NCBI RefSeq assembly: GCF_009914755.1
Contig: NC_060928.1
DNA: 64,000 nucleotides
Strand: one strand, 5' to 3'
Source: the human T2T-CHM13v2.0 reference genome, Homo sapiens
Every line of letters begins with the position of its first letter. The first letter of the stretch is position 1. Of the stretch, positions 49,512 to 63,049 are shown one piece after another. The translations under genes were made by a program, and so were the position numbers. A model generated the notes under the pieces. It was not told the origin of the DNA. It saw nothing but the letters and a program-made list of their open reading frames with translations, and did no database searches.

Positions 49512-50357
49512 ATATATATAGATACATAGATATTATATATGTGTCATATATATAAATATGTCTATAAATCTCTCATATGTATAGGAGATACATATATAGG
49601 AGATATATATATGTAGGCTGTGCTCTAAGCAGATATCTAAGCAGATACATATATATATGAGATATATATGCAGGAAATATATATATAGCTATATATAGGA
49701 TATATATATAGGATATATATAGCTATATATATAAGATATATATGTAGGATAGCTATATATATATAGGATAGCTATATGTAGGATATATATATAGCTATAT
49801 ATATATAGGATATATATATAGAGATATATATATAGGATATATATAGAGATATGTATAGGATATATAGAGAGATATATATAGGATATATATAGAGAGATAT
49901 ATATAGGATATATATAGAGAGATATATATATATAGGATATATATAGAGAGATATATATATAGGATATATATATAGAGAGAGATATATATATAGGATATAT
50001 ATATAGAGAGAGATATAGATATAGGATATATATATAGAGAGAGATATATAGGATATATATATAGAGAGATATATATAGGATATATATATAGAGAGATATA
50101 TATAGGATACATATATAGAGAGATATATATAGGATATATATATAGAGAGATATATATAGGATATATATAGAGAGATATATATATATCTGGATATACATAG
50201 ATATATATATATCTCTATGTATATCCAGATATATATATATTGGATATATATCCTATATATATATCCGGATAGATATATATCCGATATATATATAGATATA
50301 TGTTTATCGGATATATATAGAGATATATATATATATATCCGATATATATATATATCT
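49512..50357. repeat. (TA)-rich minisatellite with variable unit, approximately GGATATATATAGAGAGATATATATA
   Basis: Directly visible tandem array with variable (TA)/(GA) counts and palindromic ends. Confidence 0.95.
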
Positions 50358-50686
50358 CCTACCTTTATAGATGTAGTACAATGATTCTATCAAGTCAAAT
50401 TGAAAAGTTGATGAAGAAAAATAAACTCAAAATTACTGGCAAGTTGTGTGATATCTAAAAAACTAAAAAGCTTTTTTTGCAGTAATATAAAACAATATTT
50501 ACAAAGAGTTTCAATTGTCAATGTACTAGGGTGTTAACATATGTTAACACCATAGAAGCAGTATGGTGTAACAAATATAATTTACATTTTATCTGGGATC
50601 AAATTAAGAAATCTTCTGTCTGGCATTTACTGTCTCTGGCAAGTTCAAATGCTTTTGGAAACTTAGTTTGCTTATATGTAAAACAG

Positions 50687-50688
<2 letters not shown>

Positions 50689-50722
<34 letters not shown>
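50689..50722. repeat. (GT)n microsatellite
   Basis: About 17 GT units. Confidence 0.95.
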
Positions 50723-50725
<3 letters not shown>

Positions 50726-50999
50726 AGATATACATATATCATATTTTTGTGTATATATGGGTATCTATCTACTATGATATATTTTTCGAGAATAGGATGT
50801 GGAAAGTACTGGGCAATGAGTAGACCCTGAATTAAAGAAAGCTAATATCACCACAGTACTAATAGTTCAAGTATTCTAAATGAAAGCAAAAAGATACTGG
50901 AGTATCCATCAAACTAGTTAGTTCCTGTGTTTCCCCTTTTTTTTTTTTTTAAAGAAACAAAATGTAAATCTTTCTCCTTAAAAGAGATATCTTTATTAT

Positions 51000-52038
51000 T
51001 TTAAAGGTATTTTTAAAAATAAAATTTACTGAGATACAGTTCCATCCAAAATATGCATTCATTTTGAATGTACTTTTTGATATGTTTTAACAAATTTATA
51101 TACATTTATGTAGACAACTACCACAATCAAAATACAGAATATATGCATGACATAAAAATGTTCTCTTGTACCCCCTCCAATCAATCTTTCTTCTATTTCC
51201 CCATCTCCCAGAACAGGTAACCACTGATCTACTATTATCTAGTATATATTAAATTCTTATTTTCTGGAATTTCACATAAATGAAATCATATAATATATAC
51301 TCTTATGACTGGCTTCTTTCACTTAACATATTTTTGAGATTACTCATAGTTCTTTTTCTTACCTTATTCCACTGGTTACAACCTCCAGCGAGGTGCTTAG
51401 TTGAAGTGGAAGAACCTGCCTTCGCTTATTTGCAATATTAGGAGTAAAGAACCCTGTCTTTAATCATTAAGTGATATTAAACGTAGATTTTCGATAGATA
51501 CCTGTTTTCAAGTTGAGGAAGTTCCCTTCATTTTCTCATTTATGGGCAGAATTTATTATAAGTGTGTTTTGAATTTTGTCAAGTTTTTTTTCAGCATCTA
51601 TTAAGATAGTGAAATTGATTTTCCTTTTAGTTTGTTAATATGATGCAACACTGATTTTAATTCTTGGGAAACTCACAAGTAATGAATTAATGTTCTATCT
51701 TTAATTTATCAGTTTTTTAGAAAAATAACTTCAGCTATTTTAGTGTGTGTGTTTGTGTGTGTGTGCATCTATGTACATGGTGTGTTTGTGTGTTTAGAGG
51801 TATCTCACTGTGATTTTAATTTACTTGTTTCTCGTTTGCTTAAAAAATAAGCAATTTTTTTGAGGAGTATACTGGCCATTCCTATACCTTCCTTTACGAG
51901 GTGCCTGTTGAGTCTTTACCATTTAAAAAATTGGGTTGCCTTTTTATTGTAGTTGTAGGAGTTAATTACATATCCTGAATGCTAGTCTGCTGTTGAATAC
52001 ATATGTTACAAATACATTCTTCCAGTTCATGGCTTTTC
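51000..52038 (-). mobile_element. Old L1M fragments
   Basis: L1M 3'UTR motifs (accacaatcaaaatacagaat; gttgaggaagttcccttc; ggtatctcactgtgattttaattt). Confidence 0.65.
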
Positions 52039-53064
52039 TGTTAATGTTGTTTTTCTTTTTTCTTTTAAAGAGGCTTATTCTGAGTGACCAAGGGCTGGTG
52101 AACAGCCTCAGGAGGTCCTGAGTAAGTAGTCCTGAAGTAGTCGGGTTAGTTTGGTTTTATACATTTTAGGGAGACAAGAGTTAAAGCAAAGACATAAATC
52201 AATACATTGAAGGTGTACATTGGTTCAGCCCAAAAAGGTGGGGCATCTTGAAGTGAAGGTGGGTTATATAAGTCATAGGTGGATTTTAGGGATTCTTTAC
52301 TTGATAATTGGTTGAGAAAGTTTGTTTAAAGATGTGAAGTCAAAAAGCAGAAACGCTTGAGTCAAGATAAGGGGGCTGTGGGGGCCAAGGCCCTTATTAC
52401 CTGTGGATGAAGCCTCATCTGCAGGTGAGCAGGCAGCAGCCCTCAGAGGGAACAAATGGCAAATCTCTCTTCAGATCTTAAAGGTGTCAGACTCTCAGTT
52501 AATCTCTCACAGATCTGGGTAAGGCCTAGAAAAGAAAAGCACGGCTACATTAATAGAGGTTCTCTACAGATGCAAATTTCTCCTGCAAAAGACAGTTTTG
52601 CAGGGCCATTTCAAAATATGTCAAAGAAATACATGAATATTTTGGGGTAAAATATGTTGGTTTCCTTCAGGGTCTACTATCTGTCATGTGATGCTATAGC
52701 AGAGTCAGGTCAGAAAGTAGACCATATTATACTGCATTCATTAAAAAACCCATTTCAGGAGATTTTACAGTTTGCAGGGAATGACTTAACCCTTTCCTTG
52801 CATGGCCTTAGGTCTTGTTTATAATTTGATGTCCTATAGCCACAAAGAGTCTGTTTTGTCAGTCTTAGGATCTCTACTTTAACCTAATGCTGGTCAGTGA
52901 TGCCTGTACTCCAAAAGGGAGAGGGTATAACTAGGCATATCTTCTTCCCTTCTGTCCTGGAGAGGAACTCTGTTTTTCAGGTTTCTCTAGGTTCCCTGTG
53001 GCCAAGAGGGGGTCTGTTCAGTCAGCTGGGGAGGATAGGTTTAGGATTTTATTTTTGGTTTGCA
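52039..53064 (-). mobile_element. MER4-family ERV1 solo LTR
   Basis: ttggttttatacattttagggagacaagagtt...agacataaatcaatac; ends atttttggtttgca. Confidence 0.8.
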
Positions 53065-54240
53065 ACAGCCAGAACTTCAGAAATAGTTTAGAACATTTAC
53101 ACTATCTTCAGCATTTTACTTTTACTATATGCCAAGGAAAAACATAACTTGAGATTTAATTTACCAAAAAGAGTGGTCCAGGTGGTAAACTAGGTATTAA
53201 AGACAGTTTTGCAGCAAACTCTTTTATAGGATTGTCAGCTTCAAATTACAGAGCTTCAGATGAGTCAATAAACAGGAGAGGAAGTCATTGAGAGAATTAT
53301 AATAGTGGAACCTGGAGACCACCACACTGCAAAGGGCATAATGGAGCCAGCGTGCTCAGGGACGGTTGGGATGACTCCCAGTGTGCTTCGCCATTGTAGA
53401 AACCGTACTTGTGCAGGGGTCCGTAGTACTGGGCCACCACGTTGTAGGACCTGGTCCCACAGACATCGGTCAGCACCAGGGAATGGACATAATCCTTCAG
53501 GTCAGAGGCTGTGCATATGCCCCCAGGGAAGCACAGCTGGGGCAAAGCAAGGAGTTCCATGCCTCCTGGGACAGTGACATCTTCAGGATCTGGCACTCTG
53601 GGGACACTGGGAAGGCCATCTTCTGCTCTGGTTTTGGGCTTCTCTTTTTTCTTTCTGAAGGAGTGGCTTCTTGATTTTACCAAGAGTGGTGCCATTTGCA
53701 CTGGCATTTGACTGTGTGTGTGTTTTTATTTCTTCAGTTTTTGAGACAGGGTCTTTCTCTGTTCCCCAGGCTGGAGTGCAGTGGCACAATCTCAGTTCAC
53801 TGCTGCAGCCTCCACCTCTTGGGGTCAAGCAATCCTCCCGTCTCAGACGCTCAGCTAATTTTTAAATTTTTTGTAGAAACAGGGTCTTGCCAGATTACTG
53901 AGGCTCGTTTCAAACTCTTGAGTTCAAGCAATCCTTTCGCCTTGGCATCTCAAAATGTTGGGATCACCGATGTGAGCCACAGCACCTGACCCTGTCCTCT
54001 TTACTGATAAAAGGGGCCACAAAAACAGACAGGACCTCTGGATCAAGGGGAGAAATAGTTTTGACTCTTTTTCTGGGAAACCTGCTGGAGGCCTTGGAGG
54101 CTGTTCCCAGGGTGTCCAGCAGCATCCAGCGCTCCAGCAGCCCCCAGGATAGCAATAGGTGCTGGGGTACAGTCTCTTCCTCAGCTGCCCCATGGCCTAC
54201 TGGGGTACCACCCTTGGGTGCCTCGGGCCATGGCTCCAAC
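53065..54240 (-). pseudogene. DENND3: Processed pseudogene fragment of the DENND3 5' region (uDENN and start of DENN domain), split by AluJ
   Basis: Minus-strand translations [85 protein letters not shown] and FAAKLSLIPSLPPGPL match the DENND3 N-terminus as I recall it. It is contiguous without introns and has several frameshifts. The symbol given is that of the parent gene. Confidence 0.9.
53713..53991 (-). mobile_element. AluJ (internally deleted) inside the DENND3 retrocopy
   Basis: J-type gaggattgcttga and gaccctgtctc motifs; inserted between the codons for ISKED and SQM. Confidence 0.88.
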
Positions 54241-54537
54241 TATTATTATTTTTTTGAGATGGAGTCTCGCTCTGCCACCCAAGCTGGAGTACAGTAGAGT
54301 GATCTTGGCTCACTGCAACCTCCTCCTCCCCGGTTCAAGCAATTCTCCTGCCTCAGCTTCCCTAAGTAGTTGGGATTACAGGCGTGGCCATCACAACTGG
54401 CTAATTTTTGTATTCTTAGTAGAAATGGGGTTTCACCATGTTGGCTAGGTTGGTCTTGAACTCCTGACCTCAAGTGATCCACCCACCTTGGCCTCCCAAA
54501 GTGCTGGGATTACAGATGTGAGCCACTGCATCTGGCC
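54241..54537 (-). mobile_element. AluS (Sz/Sx-like)
   Basis: Full dimer with ctcaagtgatcc diagnostic. Confidence 0.9.
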
Positions 54538-55210
54538 ACATTATAGTAAGTCTTTGAATCAGGTAAGTCCTCTGATTTCGTTATTTTTCAAGATTGTTTT
54601 ATCTATTGTAGGTCCTTTCATTTTCATATACAGTTTAGAATCATCTTGTTAGTTTCTAAAAAAACGGCTTATTCAAATTATGATTGGGATTACATTCAAT
54701 CCCAAATTTGGAGAGAATTCATATCTTAATATTTTGACTCTTCCAATCCTTGCACATGTTATTCCCATTTTAAAAGTTTCATTTCTATTATTTCAACAAT
54801 GTTTGTAATTTTCAGTGTAAAGACCATACACATTTATTCCTAAGAATTATTTGTGTCCAATTGCAAACTTCTAAAATTGTATTTTATTGTGAATTGATGG
54901 TACATTGGAATATAATTAATTTTATTTATGAACTTTGAATCTTACAACACTGGGATTATTGACATAATTTCTATATTTGTTTTGTAGATTCCTTAAGGGT
55001 TTTGCACATACATATTATGTCATCTGCAAATAAATATTGTTTTATTTCTTTGTCTAATCTTTATGTCTATATTTTTTTTCTTACTGAATCACCTGGGCTA
55101 GATTTTCTAATGCAGAGATGAATAGAAATGATGATGACTGAAATCCTTGCCTTGCTCATGATTGTAGTAGGAAAGTGTTTATTATTTCATTATTGGGTAT
55201 ATTGTTAGGT
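54538..55210 (-). mobile_element. Old L1M ORF2 fragment
   Basis: ttcaagattgttttatctattgtaggtcc...atgtcatctgcaaata (reverse of an FADD-like motif). Confidence 0.7.
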
Positions 55211-55346
55211 ACTGTGGGGCATTGGGATTTGTTAACCTGCAGGATAGAAGTAAGTTGTAGAAAATGTTTTAAAAATAACAATGCTGAATTAAAGTTACTT
55301 AGAGATTTTATTATCATAATACGAAAGAGATTCTAAACCAGGACAG

Positions 55347-55729
55347 TGTGATGGGCTGAACTGTGTCCCTCTGAAAAAAATACATTGAATCTCTAACTTC
55401 AACTTCCATGGAATATGACCATATTTGGATATAGGGCCTTTAAAGAGATGATTAAGTTAAAACAATGCCATTAGAGTGGACTGTAACCCAATGTGCCTGG
55501 TGTTCCTATAAAGGAGGAAATTTGGATGCAAACAGAGACACCAGGGGTGCACATGCACCTAGAAAAGGCCATTGTGGACACAAGCCAAGAATATGGCCTC
55601 AGAAGAATCAAATCTGCCTACACATTGATCTTGAACTTTAGCTTCCAGAGCTGTGAGAAAATAAATTCCTGTTGTTTAAGCTATCTAGTCTGTGGTTGTT
55701 TGTAAAGGAAGCCCTTGCAAACATATACA
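55347..55729 (+). mobile_element. MLT1A-like solo LTR
   Basis: tgtgatgggctgaactgtgtccc...tccagagctgtgagaaaataaattcctgttgtttaagc...ataca. Confidence 0.85.
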
Positions 55730-56299
55730 GCCTGTGATAAAATTCTCTTTTTAGAATGAAAGTTTTTTGCTGGTTTAGTTGCTAAAGAATTTCTGTGGTT
55801 AAACAGTCAAATTAGCACATTTCTATTACTTATCCTTTAATAAACAGTCTAGCAAACTGTTAATTTAACAAACTCCTAGTTATAGAGGAGGTCCCTAACG
55901 AACTAGACTCGGCTACATAGATTCATTTCAGTAATGAGCTTTAATGTTCAAGATTGTTTGAATTCACTTCAGCTATAATTAGTGTTTCCAAAGCCTGTGA
56001 GGTTACATATTTCTGGACTTAAACGGGGATTCAAAACAATGACAGCACAATTGTCGCAAAGTCAAACAAAATTTGAGTCACTTAAATGCCCTTATGTGAA
56101 CTTTTATTTTATTTTTTCATGTTTAACCTTTTATTCGGACATTGAAAAAAAATTATTCATTCTCTATAGTCTCACCTTATCGTGGAAAATGCTGCAGAAT
56201 TATGTTTATATAAAGTGAAAAGATTTTCCAGGTAAGATAGGGTGATCATTATATCATTATAGAGTAACTCCCTCATGAATATTAATATAACCATGCTTT

Positions 56300-57250
56300 A
56301 AAATCATTAATAGTTTTTATTTTTATTTTGAAAGGACATTTTTGTTGGTTATACAATTCTAGGTTGACAGTTTCACCCTTCAGTACTATAAAGAAATTGT
56401 TCTTTTTTTTTTCAGGCCTCCATAATTTCTATTGACTTCAATAATCATTTTTATCTGTTTTATGACATGCAACATTTTTTGTTCTCTGATTTTGAGATTT
56501 AATCTTTATTCTTGGATATCAGCAGTTTGACTACAATGTTTCTGACTGATTTGTTTATTCTGCTTAGTGTTTTACTGAATTTTAATATGTGGTTTGATAT
56601 ATTTTATCAATCTTGAAAAATTATTGGCCATTATCTCCTTGTGTGTTTCCTTTGCCTCATTTTCTATCTCCTCTCTTTCTGAGTCTGATTATACATAAGG
56701 TAGTTTATTTGATATTGTTCCACAGATACAGCATGTTTTGTTTTTCTACCGTTTCTTCTCCTTGTATTTCAGTTTAGATAATTTCTATTGACCCAATAAA
56801 AATTATCTGCTTTTTTTCCGTAATGTGCCAGACTACTGATAAGCCTCTTGAAAGATTTTCTCATCTCTAAAATCCCATTTTCATTTCTATCATTTCCAGT
56901 GGATTCTATTATACAGTTTCCATTTCTCTACTGAAATTCTCCATGTATTCATGCATATTGTCCACATTCACAATATATCCTTTAACATATTTATCATAAC
57001 TCTAAAGACTGAGTCTGGTTCTATAATTTATTTCATCTCCTTTTGATTGGCCATATTGTTTTGATTCTTTTCATGACTTATTTTTAATTGTATAATGCAT
57101 TATGCATTAAAAATCAGAAAAGACTTAAGTAAATGATTATGCCCAGAAATATACATAAATGAGCCCTTTTTGTTGGAGTGCTTGTGTGGAAAGTGGAATC
57201 CATCTAATTTGTAGCTAAGATGGGTTTAAGTTTTCTTGGTGTTTTAAGTA
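56300..57250 (-). mobile_element. Old L1M ORF1-region fragment
   Basis: gaaaggacatttttgttggttatacaattctaggttgacag; tcagtttagataatttctattgacc. Confidence 0.55.
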
Positions 57251-57568
57251 GATTTGTACACGGTTGTCTTTAAATAATATGAAGACATGCTGAAGACCTC
57301 TTCAGCAGAGTTTGAGATGAGAAAGCCTGGTGGTTCTATCCCAGTCTTATTTCCCTACCCTCAAAACTTCTACAGATGTAGTGTCTATGCCTTGGAAGGG
57401 GTCTCTTAGCTCTCCTGCCAGACACATGTATCTTCTATTATTCAATGGAGTTGCTTCTAAGCTTTTCCATCATATTTTCTCTGTCCTCCATCTTTAGTAA
57501 ATATAAGTAAATTTTAGAAATGTGTTTGTATTCTAAGCAATTCAATGAGTTTAAAATATGATCTCATA

Positions 57569-58066
<498 letters not shown>

Positions 58067-58269
58067 TCAGTATAATTTTTTTTCATGAAAATAAATCCTT
58101 GATTTTAAACAGATTCATTTATCTTTATTTATCTTTTTAAATAACTACTTTATGATTAGTGTTTTGTGTTATGTTTAATAAATCTTTGTTTTGAGTACAC
58201 AAAAATATTCATGTCTCTTTTTTCGTAAGAGCTTATTTACTAACAACAACTTTACTCAAATCTGAATTG

Positions 58270-58723
58270 CAGATGACCCTTGAACAATGTGGGGGTTAGG
58301 GGAACTGACTCCCCCATGCAGTAAAAATTGGTGTAATTTTTGACTCCCCAAAAACTTAACCACTAATAGCTTACTGTTGACTAGAAGGCTTCTCAATAAC
58401 ATGAACTGTTGATTAACACATAATTTATATGTTACATGTATTATGTGCTGTATTCTTGAACTAGAGAAAATATAATTAAAAATCATAAAAAATACATTTG
58501 TTACTTATTAAGTGGAAGTGGATCATCACAAATGTTTCATTTGCATTGTCTTCATGTTGAGTAGGCTGAGGAGGAGGGAGCAAAGGAGACAGCATTGAGG
58601 AGGGAGTAAAGGGAGCAAAGGAGACAGCATTGTTTCGCTGTCTCAGGGATGGCAGAGGCGGAAGAAAACGTGCATATAAGTGGATCCATGCAGTTGAAAC
58701 CCATGTTGCTCAAGGGTCAACTA
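58270..58723. mobile_element. Tigger2a/MER28-like fossil
   Basis: Terminal inverted repeats cagatgacccttgaacaa / ttgctcaagggtcaacta. Confidence 0.85.
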
Positions 58724-60058
58724 TATACTTAAAATTTGAGAAGAAATGTGTCAGTTTGATGGTTTAGATATTTTGTGTTTAATGGAGGATGGAGCATCTT
58801 CCCCATGTATATATTTGTTGCTTTCATTGGATTTGTGGAAAGGAACAAACAATGCTTTTACTTTGCTTCTTTTAATCAGGATCTCTTTTATTGCTAAATA
58901 TTTTTAAATTGTAATAATTCTTTAATAACTTTAGAATTATATATGACTATCAGTATTAATGAAGATATTAGCATCACTATTCTACTTTTCAGCAGCAAAA
59001 GAATTTAAAATAGAATATTGCACCCCAGTATAAATGTAGTCAGAAAGGAATAAAGTTTGAAAACTTAATACAACTATATGGCTCAAGGGACTTTATTGAT
59101 TTTCCCTCTCGAATCAGTCAAATTCCAATTACACAGCTCATTCTGAAGTCATATAAAGCAATCCATCTGACTTTGGTGTTACTTGCCAGATCTGGCTATT
59201 AAAAGAAAAAATAAGTCATTAGGCTATTCAGAATATTAGTCCCAGTTAAAGACCAATTTCTGTTGGTGTATAGGCCTATGTAAAGCTATGTTTATAGGAG
59301 ATTAATATTTTAGAGGGAAAATCTCTGTGGTAATTCATTTTAATCTTTTCCAGCATTTGGGAGATACAGTAAGTGACATGCACTAGATGTGATTTTTTTA
59401 TGCTGTTTAAAGGTGATTGGTTTAAATATTATTTTCGGTAAATACACACGCGGGAGTGAAGAAAAAATATAAAGAACTAAATCCTTATAATCATAAAATA
59501 ACTTAAAAATTTTTAGAAGTAATTTCTCCTTTGCTTCCTTGTTCTTATAATTAAATACAGTGACTTTTAGCTAAAGTCACATAATCTTTTAAAAGAAAAC
59601 ATTATATTGTGTCACAAAGGAAGAGAATATAGGGCAGTTTGTTTCTGCACTAATAAAATTAAATGTAGCATTTTTATACACAAAGACATGTTTTTATCTT
59701 TGACATTTGAATATCTCTCATGAGATTATATTAAAATTCTATCATCTAAATTGTTTATCAGTGAGAAATAATATTTACTCTTTCAACTAGCATTTATATA
59801 ATGTGCTATTAGTACTAAGCTTTCCCAGAGAGACAGAACACATGACAAGGTATAATATAGTTGAAAATAAAACACACATGCACACACACACACAATTTTA
59901 TATTGTATCAAAAACTTTAAATCAAGCTACTAATGCTTTCAGAATTCTAAGAGTACAAGACTAGTCAAAATTGAAAATTAGAAATTAATCTTTAATTTTC
60001 TAACTATTATCATAAAGGTTTATAGCAACTGAGTAGTCAGAGTGGTTTGAAAGTGACA

Positions 60059-60609
60059 TGTTATGGTAGGCAGCTTCCAAAAGTGATCCTCAATGGTCAC
60101 CTCTGGTATTCCCATCCCATTTTCTTGAGCGTGAGCCGGACCTACTGCTTTGCTTTTAAGAAGCAGAATAAGATAAAAATTATAAAATGTCACTACCATA
60201 ATTCGTTTACAAAGAACTGATTTGATCTGGTTGGCATTCTCTATTTCTTCTCAGTTTGCACACTTTGACTAAAAAAAAAGAAGCATGCTCATGGTACCAA
60301 GGCACTGACAGTGGCATCTGGCCAAAAGCCAGTGTGCAATTAATGCTTTCACATCAACAGTTCATGAGGGACTGAATCCTATGAACAACCATGTGAGTGA
60401 GCCTGGAAGTAGAATCTTCTTCATCTGAGCCTTCAGCTAAGACTACAACCCTGGCAACATCTTGATTGTAGCACTATGAGAGACCCTGAGGCAGAGTATT
60501 CACTTAAACCATGCCCAAATTCTGGACCAACAGAAACTGAGGTAATAAGTGTTTGTTTTTCAAAGTCTTGGGTTATTAATTCATTGTGCAACACTTGATC
60601 ACTAATACA
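60059..60609 (+). mobile_element. MLT1F/G-like solo LTR
   Basis: aacaaccatgtgagtgagcctggaag...cttgattgtagc...gagaccctgaggcagag...actaataca. Confidence 0.7.
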
Positions 60610-60809
60610 GATGAAAAGAGCTGGAATTTAGACAAATGAGATAATGGGAATGCGCAGGATGAAGAACATTTTAGATCATGGAACAGTATGAACAAAGGCA
60701 AGGAAATAGAATAATCATTAGGCTAAAATGAGAGAGTGTGCCATGGAATACTGAGGAAGACAAACACAGATATAACAGAATTTTGCAAGCCAAGACTATG
60801 AGGACATAT

Positions 60810-60985
60810 TAGGAATAATATAAATAGCAATAATAGATGACTTAGCTGATTGATATTATGTACTAATTTGTTAAGCATTTCATGAGCATTTCCTTATTTG
60901 ATCCTTACACTACCTCTATGAGAAAAAGATATTTATTATTTTACTTATAGATGAGAAAACGGGGGCTCAGCTCATTTATTATGAG
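60810..60985 (-). mobile_element. MIR
   Basis: ttatttgatccttacac...ctatgag...ttatagatgagaaaac. Confidence 0.6.
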
Positions 60986-63049
60986 CAGTTTTCATCTGGA
61001 AAGATCATGAACACGGTGCTTTTTCTAGTACTGGCACAAATATCTTGGTTTTAATATCTGTTCAACTGTTTGAAAAACATTTTGATTATCTTAATACAGT
61101 TTTGTGATCATGTAAAGACCTCTTCCGTAAAATACTAGCTACTTATAATTATTAATGCTTTAATAATTAAGACACAAGCATTTAAGAGATTTTAAACTGA
61201 CTCAGTTAGGTTGAATCAATAGGAATTAAGTAGTTGCTCACATTAATTTTCCATTAAGATGCTCTTTCTACTTCTATATATTTATCTCTAGGAAGCAGAC
61301 ATAATTTTTAAAAAGATAATATGTGGGGGGCATCTTATCAATTGGTTGTTTATCCATGAGTTTTCACCTTTCATTTGTCATAGTGACTCACTGACTGCCA
61401 AACAAAATTAATATTTTTTAATATGATAGAAACAAATGTTAAGAAGCAAATGTGTATGAAGGTTTATAAGAAAGCAGAGAGGAATAGTGTCTCTAGGCTT
61501 CCAATTTAGGAATTCCATGTCACGATGAGGGCAAAATTTAGGTTTTGAACTGTGAGAGAATTACAGACAGAAGAAACTTTTCTTTGCAAAATGTAAATTC
61601 AGAGTTTTGAGATTAGGGAAATAGAACTCTTCTAAGTGATAGAGTAAACAAATTGAGTTTATGGGTAGCTTAAACATAGGTAGATAAAAATAACTAATTG
61701 ATTTGAACTGTAAGTTTAGGAATTAAGGTGTTTAAAATTTTATTTTTATTTTTTAAAAGCTGATAATAAAGTTGCTTTAAATTAAGGCTAAACGTGAATG
61801 TAGAGGAAGATTTTTTAAAAACTCAAATGCCAACAAGGGCATTCTCTGTCGAATTCATAAAACAAATCCTTACTATCATCTTCTTATCAATGCATATATA
61901 ATGGTAACTTGACTCAAGAGAGTTGCTCAGAGTTTCAGAAATATAGAAGACATCTTATTACTGTAGAAGCTAGTTAGGATTAGCTTATGCATTATTCATG
62001 AAATGACAGGGACATTAAAAGGTAAGTTAAGTTGGATTATTTATCTTAGAGGTATTGGAAGGTAATCTTTTAAGACTATGAAATACTCAGCAATATCTTA
62101 TCATTTTACTATGAACTGTTGCAAATACATTTTGTCTTCGTTATGGAGATAGACTTGCATGAGAAAAAAGAAGCTATGGAAAAAAAGAATGTTAAGTTTT
62201 CAAAGTAAAATGTCAACATTTTATTCAATCTTTTCATTATGAATATTGCACTTGTTTCCCAACGGTCACTCATTACTTTTCCATTCATGTAACTAATCAG
62301 TCAGTGTGAGAAATTGAAGAGATACATTTAAACTTTTCTTCACATGTGAAGAGAGCTGACAGTAGCAGTAATATTAAATAAAATCATGGGATTTAGAATA
62401 AATGTTTCATTGCTTTAAAGATGGCAGAGAGGTCCTGATTGTGCTCTGCCAAGTGAAAAATACAAGTAAAATTTCTACTCTTGAGAGCAGATTTATCTTG
62501 TGCAAGGCCTATACAAATCTGGAGGAATTTTATTTTTGCCTATTTCTGATAAGCTCAGTGCTGCAGTTTTGAAATTTGGTGACTGAGTTTTATTAGTGAA
62601 GATGTGTTGCACTGGCATCCTGTGAGAATTTTCTGTATACATACATATGCAGCACAGCATGATAAGGTTTATCCTGTACACAGGGGATGGCTCTTTTAGA
62701 TTGGGACACTGGGTGTATCCTCCCGATGACTACAATCTTACTCTGGTAGTCAGCATTTAATACCAGGTGGTTTCCTAAGACACCTTTGGAAGAATCGCTA
62801 ACTCTTTGCAAAATGGGGAGTGAGAATTGTTGAGTTGAGATTGTTTTCTCCAGGAATCTAAACTCCCATCTACCATGCCTAGCCCCTTAGGCAGGATAAA
62901 GCTTGTATTATAAAATGATTTTTTGTAAACTATGAGTTGGACACTGTACCATCCCAAGGTAGCATTTGGGGATTCCTTTCCCTATAGCCTTCTCAAGGGG
63001 TGGCTGTTTTCCCACTCACAATCCTCCCCGAACTGTTCCTAAAGGTAGG

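Noticed and set aside
49689-50198. Tyr/Ile-rich ORFs and a superficially array-like repeat
   Set aside because: Translation of a TA-rich minisatellite. There are no unique spacers, so it is not CRISPR.
53297-53707. 136-aa DENND3-like ORF as a functional retrogene
   Set aside because: Surrounded by frameshifts and separated from the start codon by an AluJ; it drifts out of frame at both ends.
62480-62960. Short minus-strand ORFs with faint CR1/L3 RT-like character
   Set aside because: Similarity too weak to call by eye; a Dfam HMM search would decide.
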